A stretch of 64,000 nt of DNA from an uncultured Candidatus Rokubacteria bacterium (GTDB lineage: Bacteria > Methylomirabilota > Methylomirabilia > Rokubacteriales > CSP1-6). The notes beneath the pieces are model-generated. The model was not told where the DNA came from. It did not search any database and saw only the letters and a program-made list of their open reading frames with translations. Position numbers and translations under genes: made by a program. Shown here one piece after another: positions 57,132 to 64,000 of this stretch; position 1 is the first letter of the stretch, and each line of letters starts with the position of its first letter. The stretch is from positions 896,001 to 960,000 of the forward strand of contig CAVWWD010000003.1 in the NCBI GenBank assembly GCA_963758635.1. The letters run 5' to 3'.

Positions 57132-58248
57132 ATGCAGCCTGGATGGCTCAAGGAGTACTTCCAGCCCCGGCCGGACCGGGGTCCCCGAAGGCGCGACCGA
57201 CAGGCGCCGACAGTCGAGGAAACGCAGGACGGCGTGTCACGGCGCGACTTCGTGAAGAGCGGGTTCGTGGCCGGGATGACGGCCGGGCTCGCCGCCGGCG
57301 CCGTGGTGGCCCAGACGGGCTCGGCGCAGGCGCAGGCGACGCCGAATCCGCTCGCCCGGGCGCATGGTGGCCATCGCCCTGGGGCGCCCAGGACCAGCGC
57401 GGCGCCAACAACCGCATCACGCCCGCCAAGGTGCTGGAGGCCGCGCGCCTCATCAAGACCGGAAAGATCTACCCGCTGGGGCGCGTGCTCGAGAAGGGCA
57501 TCCCGCTGTTCGGCGAGCGGCTCGGCGCGCACGTGGTCATCCCGGGCACGCCGACCGGGGGCCCTTCGGCAAGCACAACCTCTACTACCACGACGAGCTG
57601 TTCGTGGGGGAGATCGGGCAGGCGGGCTCGCAGTTCGACGGCCTCGGCCACATCGGCATGGCCGCGAGCGACGGCAAGATCCGGTACTACAACGGCTTCA
57701 CGCAGGAGGAGGTCGGCTCCGCCTACGGTCTGAAGAAGCTCGGCATCGAGCATCTCCAGCCGTTCTTCACCCGCGGCATCCTGCTCGACGTGCTCGCGCT
57801 CAAGGGCGGCGATCGCCTGCCGATCAACTACGTCATCACGGTCGACGACATCCGGGCGACGCTGGCGCGCCAGAACATCCGCGAGCCCGGCGAGGGCGAC
57901 GCCGTCGATCTTCAACACCGGCCACGGCAAGCTCTGGAAGAAGGACAACGCCGAGTTCAACAAGGGCTGCCCCGGCCCCGGCATCACGGCGGGGCGGTGG
58001 CTCGCCGAGCGGAAGGTCGCGGTGGTCGGCGCCGACACGTGGCCGGTGGAGGCGGTGCCCGGCGAGAACCCGGACCTGCCGTTCGCCTGCCACGCCATCT
58101 GGCTCACGCTGAACGGCATCTACATCAACGAGAACCTCTTCACCGAGGACCTCGCGAAGGACCGGGTCTACGAGTTCGCGTGGTCGTTCAACCCCGTGCC
58201 CATCAAGGGCGCGACGGGCGCGCCGGGAACTCGGTCGCCATCGCGTAG
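57132..58248 (+). CDS. Tat-exported cyclase-family (kynurenine formamidase-like) metallohydrolase; several frameshifts
   Basis: SRRDFVK Tat motif; WG..DQRGA.N; GSQFDGLGHIG; TRGILLDV; GADTW.VE; ENL. Confidence 0.8.
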
Positions 58249-58359
58249 CCGCGGCGGCGGGGGCGCCGGCACCGCCTCCACCCGCTGTCCCGCGGGTGCG
58301 CTTACTCGTATGCCCCCGGTACGGCGAGCATTTTCGCGCAACACACGGCGCGTGCGCCG

Positions 58360-58389
58360 TTGACACGTCCCGGAGCCGGGCGCTATCCT
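58360..58389 (+). promoter_or_regulatory. sigma70-like promoter TTGACA-N18-TATCCT
   Basis: About 75 nt upstream of ATG 58465. Confidence 0.6.
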
Positions 58390-58464
58390 GCGCCTGCTCG
58401 GCGCGCGTCACGAGACGCGTGGCGCTCCGCGAGGCCTCGGACCCCAACGTTGAGGAGAGGCGAC

Positions 58465-59332
58465 ATGAGAAAGTCAGCCGTCGCAGCGCTCGCTCTGACC
58501 CTGCTGTGTCTCCTTCCCGCGATCGCGTCCGCCCAGGTGAAAGGCGTGTACTGGACGGCGAGCGGCGTGTTCGGCCCGTTCCCCCTCAACGCGTTGATCC
58601 CGTCGCTTCCGGCGGACAAGTCCCGCGAGGTCACCCTGCCGGTCAACATGTGGATCATCGATCACCCCAAGGGGCTGGTCGTGTTCGACACCGGCAACAA
58701 CGTCGCCGATCTCGGACGGCAAGTGCAAGTCGTACTGGGCCGCGGGCCTGTGCGACCTCCTCAAGCCGAGCCAGAAGCGGGACGACGTGATCGACATGCA
58801 GCTCAAGAAGCTCGGGTTCTCGACGGATCAGGTGAAGGCCGTGATCTCCTCCCACGCGCATCTCGACCACATCGGCAACATCAAGCTGTTCCCGAAGGCC
58901 GTTCACGTGATCCAGAAGAAGGAGCTCTACCAGGCCTGGTGGCCCGAGAAGTTCCAGGGGCGCGAGGGCGGAGTCTTCGTGCTGGGCGACTTCGACGGTC
59001 CCGCGCGCGGCTTCAACTACCTCGAGCTCGAGGGCGACTACGACCTGTTCAGCGACGGCAGCATCATGATCATCACCACGCCGGGGCACACCCTGGGCCA
59101 CCAGTCGGTGAAGGTGAAGCTGCCCAGCGGCAAGACGATCGTGATGACGCAGGACGCGGTGTGGGTGAAGGAGAACCTCGAGGGGTTCCCCGCCGGCATC
59201 AACTACAGCGTCAAGGACTACGAGGCGTCGGTCCAGCGGCTCAAGATGATCCGCGACCTCGAGAACGCGGAGCTCTTGTTCGGCCACGATCCCGATCAGT
59301 TCAAGCAGGGCGGCAACAAGTGGCATAGGTAG
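58465..59332 (+). CDS. Exported N-acyl-homoserine lactonase-family MBL hydrolase; frameshift near 58708
   Basis: Signal peptide ASA-Q; IDHPKG..VFDTG; SHAHLDHIG; DLFSDG; TPGHT.GHQS; GHD. Confidence 0.82.
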
Positions 59333-59393
59333 CTCGCGAACCTCCCCCGCCGGCCCGCTCTCGCGCGGCGCCGGCGGGGGCGTCTCCGCCGTC

Positions 59394-60368
59394 GTGACCT
59401 CCCGTCCCGCCGCCATCGTCCTCGAGTCCGTCACCAAGCGCTACGGCTCCACCGTCGCCGTCCAGGACCTGTCGTTCACCGTCGAGCCCGGCGAGATCGT
59501 CGGATTCCTCGGGCCGAACGGGGCGGGCAAGACGACGACGATGCGGATGATCGCCGGCTTCACCGCCGCCACCTCCGGACGCGTGACGGTGGGTGGTCAT
59601 GACATGGCCACCGACAACGTGCGGGCGGCGCGGCTGCTCGGCTACCTGCCCGAGCGGCCGCCCCTCTACGACGCGCTCGACGTGGCGGCCTACCTGCGGT
59701 TCGTCGCGCGGGCCAAGGGGGTGTCCCGCTCGGAGATGCGGGCCGAGCTCGAGCGCGTCACCTCGGCCTGCCGGCTGGAGGCGGTGTTCCGGAGCGAGAT
59801 CTACAAGATCTCGCGCGGCTACCGGCAGCGGGTCGGGCTCGCCCAGGCCTTGCTCGGTCGGCCCCAGGTGCTCCTGCTCGACGAGCCGACCGCCGGGCTC
59901 GATCCCGGGCAGATCCACGAGACCCGCGAGGTCATCCGGTCCTTCGGGGAAGCGCACGCGGTGCTGCTGAGCACCCACATCCTGGCCGAGGCCACGCTCA
60001 TCTGCCGCCGGGTGGCCATCATCGACCACGGGCGCCTGCTCGCCATCGACTCGCCCGCCGGGCTGCAGCGGGCCGCGGAGCAGACCAACGTCGTGACCCT
60101 CCAGGTGGCCGGCCCGGCGCCGGACGTGCGCGAGGCGCTCGCCTCGATCCAGGGCGTGGTCGGCGTCGAGGTCCGCGGGCCCGCCGGTGACCGAGGCCTC
60201 CTGACGTGCTCGTGTCGGGTCGAGCCCATCGAGGGGGTGGAGGCGGCCATCGCGCGCGTCGTCTCCGGCCGTTTCCACCTCCACCGGCTGGAGCGGCAGC
60301 AGCCCACGCTCGAGAACGTCTTCCTCCGGTACGTGAACGAGGCGACCCGGCCCGGGGATGCGGGATGA
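59394..60368 (+). CDS. ABC-2 type ATPase (GldA-like), second paralogue
   Basis: GPNGAGKTT, ISRGYRQRVG, LLDEPTAGLDP, STHIL. Confidence 0.92.
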   Translation: MTSRPAAIVLESVTKRYGSTVAVQDLSFTVEPGEIVGFLGPNGAGKTTTMRMIAGFTAATSGRVTVGGHDMATDNVRAARLLGYLPERPPLYDALDVAAYLRFVARAKGVSRSEMRAELERVTSACRLEAVFRSEIYKISRGYRQRVGLAQALLGRPQVLLLDEPTAGLDPGQIHETREVIRSFGEAHAVLLSTHILAEATLICRRVAIIDHGRLLAIDSPAGLQRAAEQTNVVTLQVAGPAPDVREALASIQGVVGVEVRGPAGDRGLLTCSCRVEPIEGVEAAIARVVSGRFHLHRLERQQPTLENVFLRYVNEATRPGDAG

Positions 60369-61072
60369 CCGGCCTGGGCGCCGTCTATCGCAAGGAGATC
60401 GCGACGTACTTCAGATCGCCGATCGCCTACTTCGTGGTCGCGGTCTTCCTGCTCGGCACCGGCTACTTCTTCCTCTACAACATCTTCCTGACCGGCGACG
60501 CCACGATGGCGAGCACGTTCCTGAACATGGGCCTGCTCCTGCTCACGCTGACCCCGCTCCTGTCCATGCGCCTGTTCGCCGCGGAGCACGGCGCGGGCAC
60601 GATGGAGCTGCTCATGACGCTGCCGCTCACGCCCTGGCAGATCGTGCTCGGCAAGTACCTGGGCGCGGTCACGATCCTGGTCGCGATCGCCGTCGGCACC
60701 GGCATCGACCTGGTGCCGCTCTACCTGTTCGGCAACCCCGAGACGATGACGATCGTCTCCGGCTACGTCGGCTTCCTGCTGCTCGGCATGGCGTGTCTCG
60801 CCGTCGGCCAGCTCGCCTCCGCGCTCACGGAGAACCAGATCGTGGCCGCGCTCCTGACCGCGGCCATCCTGCTCGCGTTCTGGCTGGTCGGACACCTCCA
60901 GGGCTTCCAGACGTCGCCGGCCCTGCGCGCGCTCATCGCGTACCTCTCGTTCGCGCTCCACTTCGCCGATTTCATCCACGGGCTCGTGCGCACGGAGGCG
61001 ATCGCCTTCTTCCTGATCGTCTCCGCGGTCGCCCTGACGTTGAACGCCAGCTATCTCCAGTGGCGGCGCTGA
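60365..61072 (+). CDS. ABC-2 permease (GldF-like), second paralogue
   Basis: RKEIATYFRSPIAY, MRLFA.E..AGTMELL.T, TENQIVA. Confidence 0.88.
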   Translation: MTGLGAVYRKEIATYFRSPIAYFVVAVFLLGTGYFFLYNIFLTGDATMASTFLNMGLLLLTLTPLLSMRLFAAEHGAGTMELLMTLPLTPWQIVLGKYLGAVTILVAIAVGTGIDLVPLYLFGNPETMTIVSGYVGFLLLGMACLAVGQLASALTENQIVAALLTAAILLAFWLVGHLQGFQTSPALRALIAYLSFALHFADFIHGLVRTEAIAFFLIVSAVALTLNASYLQWRR

Positions 61073-62634
61073 CGTGGACGGGCGCGTTCCGGGCGGGCCT
61101 GATCCTCCTCGCCGGCCTCGTCCTCCTGGGCGTGGCCGCGAGCCTCTCGATGCTCCTCGTCGAAACGCCCTGGTGGACGCTCGCCGTGGCCGGGGCCGGC
61201 GCCCTGCTCGCGGCGGCGGGGGGCTGGGGGCTCCGCGCCGATCTCCGGGAGTGGGGACGCGGCCGGCGGGGCGAGATCGCGCTCTACACCGCGGGGGCGA
61301 TCGGCGTGCTCCTGGTGCTGGCCCACCTCTCCGTGCGGTACCCCGCCCGCTTCGACCTGACCGAGTCGCGACGCTACTCGCTGTCGGCGGCCACCGTCAC
61401 GATGCTGGAGAAGCTCGACCGGCCCGTGCACGTCGTGTTCTTCCACGATCCGATGATGCGGGAGACGGTGGAGCTCTATGAGCTCATCGCGAAGCGCACG
61501 CCGCGCGTCACCGTGGAGTTCTACGATCCCGTGATCAATCCGGCCCAGGCCCGGATGATGGGCGTGCAGTTCGCGGGCAGCGCGGTGCTGGAGAGCGAGG
61601 GCCGCCGGCTCCAGGTGCACGGCCCGAGCGAGACCGACATCGCCAACGGCATCCTCCGTGTCTCGCGCAGCGCCACACAGCGTGTCTGCTTCCTCGACGG
61701 CCACGGCGAGCCCGATCCGTTCAGCCTCGAGTCGCACGATCACCTCGAGGGCGCGGTCGGACACAGCCACGGGCTGGGGGTGAACTACGTGCTGCACGAG
61801 CGGCACGGGATGGCCAAGGCGCGCCACGCCCTCGAGACGCTCAACTACCGGGTGGAGAAGGTCTCGCTGCTGCAGGGCGGCGACGGGCTGGCCGGCTGCG
61901 GCGTCCTCGTGGTGGCGGGGCCGAAGACCGCGCTGCTCGCCGTGGAGGTCACCGCGGTCCGCGCCTACCTGGCCGCGGGCGGGAACGCGTTCCTGATGCT
62001 CGACCCGTTCCTCGTGAGCGGCCTCGAGCCCATCGCCCGCGAGTACGGGATCGTCGTCGACGACGACCTCGTGATCGACGAGGCGAGCCACTTCTGGGCC
62101 GATGCGTCGTCGCCCGCGGTGACGGACTACAACCGGCATCAGGTCACCCGCGAGCTTCCGCTGACGTTCTTCCCCGGCGTGCGTTCCCTGTCGCCCACCC
62201 GGGAGCGCGTGCCCGGCACCGCGGTGCTGCCCCTCGTGAACTCCTCCAAGCGGAGCTGGGGGCAGAAGAATCGCGAGCGCGTCGAGTTCACCCCGGGCCG
62301 CGACGAGCTGGGCCCGCAGACGCTGATGGTCCTGGCCTTGAGCGGCGGCGGGGAGGGCGGGGCGACCCGGCGCTCGCGCCTGGCCGTGGTGGGGGATTCG
62401 GACTTCGCGACGAACTCGTTCTTCCACGTCATGGGCAACGGCACGCTGTTCGTGAACACGATCAACTACCTCGCGGCCCAGGAGAGCCTCATCGGCATCC
62501 CGCCGCGCACGCACGACCTCCCGCGCGTGAACCTCACGAATCGCCAGATGAAGGGCACCTTCCTGCTGTCCGTGGTCCTCGTGCCCGCCGTCCTCGCCAT
62601 CGTCGGGACCGCGGTCTGGTGGAAGCAGCGGTGA
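61060..62634 (+). CDS. GldG-like ABC auxiliary component with His-rich insertion
   Basis: RFDLTESRRYSLS; GHGE followed by SHDHLEGAVGHSHG...HERHG; VGDSDFATN; C-terminal TM. Confidence 0.85.
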   Translation: MAALTWTGAFRAGLILLAGLVLLGVAASLSMLLVETPWWTLAVAGAGALLAAAGGWGLRADLREWGRGRRGEIALYTAGAIGVLLVLAHLSVRYPARFDLTESRRYSLSAATVTMLEKLDRPVHVVFFHDPMMRETVELYELIAKRTPRVTVEFYDPVINPAQARMMGVQFAGSAVLESEGRRLQVHGPSETDIANGILRVSRSATQRVCFLDGHGEPDPFSLESHDHLEGAVGHSHGLGVNYVLHERHGMAKARHALETLNYRVEKVSLLQGGDGLAGCGVLVVAGPKTALLAVEVTAVRAYLAAGGNAFLMLDPFLVSGLEPIAREYGIVVDDDLVIDEASHFWADASSPAVTDYNRHQVTRELPLTFFPGVRSLSPTRERVPGTAVLPLVNSSKRSWGQKNRERVEFTPGRDELGPQTLMVLALSGGGEGGATRRSRLAVVGDSDFATNSFFHVMGNGTLFVNTINYLAAQESLIGIPPRTHDLPRVNLTNRQMKGTFLLSVVLVPAVLAIVGTAVWWKQR

Positions 62635-63251
62635 CGGGGACGCCGCGCCCCTCGGTGGACGCCCCGCCGCGGCGCCGGCGCGTGCTCGTCGTCTGGTCGA
62701 TCCTCGCCGTGCTGGCCGGAGCCGCGGGGGTGATCGAGCTGCGGGACGTGATGGCCTCGCGCGCGGGGCGCGGCCCGACCATCGATGCCCGCCTCCTCGT
62801 CCCGGCGCCCGCGGCGGAGCTCGGCGCGCTCGAGATCGCCGCGGCGGGCACGCTCCACCGGTTCGAGCGCGACGAGGCCGGCGCGTGGTTCTCCCACGGC
62901 GTCCACACCGGCTCCGAGGGCGCTCACGCCCACGCCGCCGACGCCGGGACGGCGGCCCGGATCGAGCAGGTGGTGCAGGCGTTCGCGCGCACGCGCGTGG
63001 AACGACGGCTGCCTCCGGGCACCGACGCGCGCGCGCTGGGCCTGGCGAGCCCGCGCGTCCTCGTCCTGGTCTATCGCCGGGGCGAGCGGCAGCCGCTCGC
63101 GCAGTACGCGGTCGGCGACCTCGCGGCCGACACGCTCAGCCGCTACGTCGACGTGGTCGGAGGCGCGGGGATCGTCACGATTCCCGGCTACCAGATCGAC
63201 AACCTCATGACCCTCCTGGACGCCGCCCGGAGCGCTCCTGGCTCGCGATGA
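62631..63251 (+). CDS. Short DUF4340-like membrane-anchored protein with His-rich loop
   Basis: N-terminal TM; WFSHGVHTGSEGAHAHAAD; LGLASP; position after the GldG-like gene. Confidence 0.6.
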   Translation: MTGTPRPSVDAPPRRRRVLVVWSILAVLAGAAGVIELRDVMASRAGRGPTIDARLLVPAPAAELGALEIAAAGTLHRFERDEAGAWFSHGVHTGSEGAHAHAADAGTAARIEQVVQAFARTRVERRLPPGTDARALGLASPRVLVLVYRRGERQPLAQYAVGDLAADTLSRYVDVVGGAGIVTIPGYQIDNLMTLLDAARSAPGSR

Positions 63252-63321
63252 CCTGGCGCCAGAGGCGGTGCGCGAGCCTCGGGGTCTTCTGCCGATGACC
63301 TGGCGCCAGAGGCGGTGCGCG
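63247..63321 (+). repeat. 28-nt perfect duplication of the HupE/UreJ gene start (47-nt period)
   Basis: GATGACCTGGCGCCAGAGGCGGTGCGCG at 63247 and 63294. Confidence 0.85.
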
Positions 63322-64000
63322 GCCCTCGTCGTCCTGGCCGTGGCCGGCGGCGTGGCGCCGGCGCTCGCCCACGTGGGCGGCAGCACCGGCCACGCCGCGT
63401 TCGCCATCGACGGCGCCACGATTCGCTACACCCTCACGCTGTGGCCCGCCACCTTGCCGGCCCCGATCGCCGCCGACCTCCGGCGCGTCGTCCCGGGGGA
63501 GGCCCCGCCGGGGATCCTCGCCGCGTTGCCCGAGAAGGTGATTCTCGTCGCCGGGGGTGGGCGGTGCGGCGCGGGGACGGCGGCGGTGGAGAGCGGAGCG
63601 GGGGAGAGCGTGATCGTGCGGGTGGCCTTCACGTGCCCCGGCCCGGTGCGCGATCTCCTGGTCCGTGACGACCTGTTCGACGTCCTCGGCGCGGACCATC
63701 ACACGCTGGCCCGGATCGACGCTCACGGCCGCACCTGGCAGTTCGTGTTCTCGCCCGAGGCGCGCGAGGCGCGCGTGAGCGTCGACGCGGCCGGGTTCCG
63801 CGGCGTGGTGGGCTTCGTCGGCCTGGGCGTCGAGCACATCTTGACGGGGTACGATCACCTGCTGTTCCTGCTCTGCTTGCTGCTTCCCGGCGGGGGCATC
63901 GTGGCGCTGGCCAAGATCATCACCGCCTTCACCGTCGCCCATAGCGTCACGCTCTCGCTCGCCGTGCTCGACGTGGTGACGCTGCCCGAGCGGCTCATCG
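63295..64000 (+). CDS. HupE/UreJ-family protein (partial, runs off window; absent from the ORF track)
   Basis: Signal peptide ending ALA-H; in-frame GVEHILTGYDHLLFL and TAFTVAHSVTL. Confidence 0.88.
   Translation, partial: MTWRQRRCAALVVLAVAGGVAPALAHVGGSTGHAAFAIDGATIRYTLTLWPATLPAPIAADLRRVVPGEAPPGILAALPEKVILVAGGGRCGAGTAAVESGAGESVIVRVAFTCPGPVRDLLVRDDLFDVLGADHHTLARIDAHGRTWQFVFSPEAREARVSVDAAGFRGVVGFVGLGVEHILTGYDHLLFLLCLLLPGGGIVALAKIITAFTVAHSVTLSLAVLDVVTLPERLI

Overview
Very GC-rich (visually >70%) chromosomal segment of a diderm bacterium. Gene content and style suggest Candidatus Rokubacteria/Methylomirabilota, but that is inference only. It holds about 68 genes: bamD; a Sel1/caspase-like gene beside an autotransporter barrel; a carbohydrate-type ABC importer; DUF1445-pxpBC; gcvT-H-PA-PB with a lipoyl ligase; pepA, rpsU and fhs; two paralogous GldA/F/G+DUF4340 ABC cassettes; tolQRA-tolB-pal-cpoB; lgt; an orphan DNA methyltransferase; and a 4-OT/DHDPS-like/LLM catabolic cluster. 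The strongest signal is at 38141-39225: two translationally coupled, signal-peptide-bearing redoxin genes, each with an in-frame TGA exactly at the catalytic Cys position (peroxiredoxin FTAT-U; TlpA-like WATW-U-PTC) and each followed by a bacterial SECIS-like hairpin. This looks like an exported selenoprotein peroxidase/reductase pair that the ORF track splits into fragments. Other observations: a caspase-like domain lacking both catalytic residues, a degenerate DHOD-like protein, a His-rich ABC cassette linked to HupE/UreJ, at least four dispersed intergenic repeat families, tandem micro-duplications at gene starts and ends, and sigma70-like promoters mostly with 18-nt spacers. About 15 genes carry frameshifts that most likely reflect sequencing or assembly indels. 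No rRNA, tRNA, CRISPR array or intact transposase was recognised.
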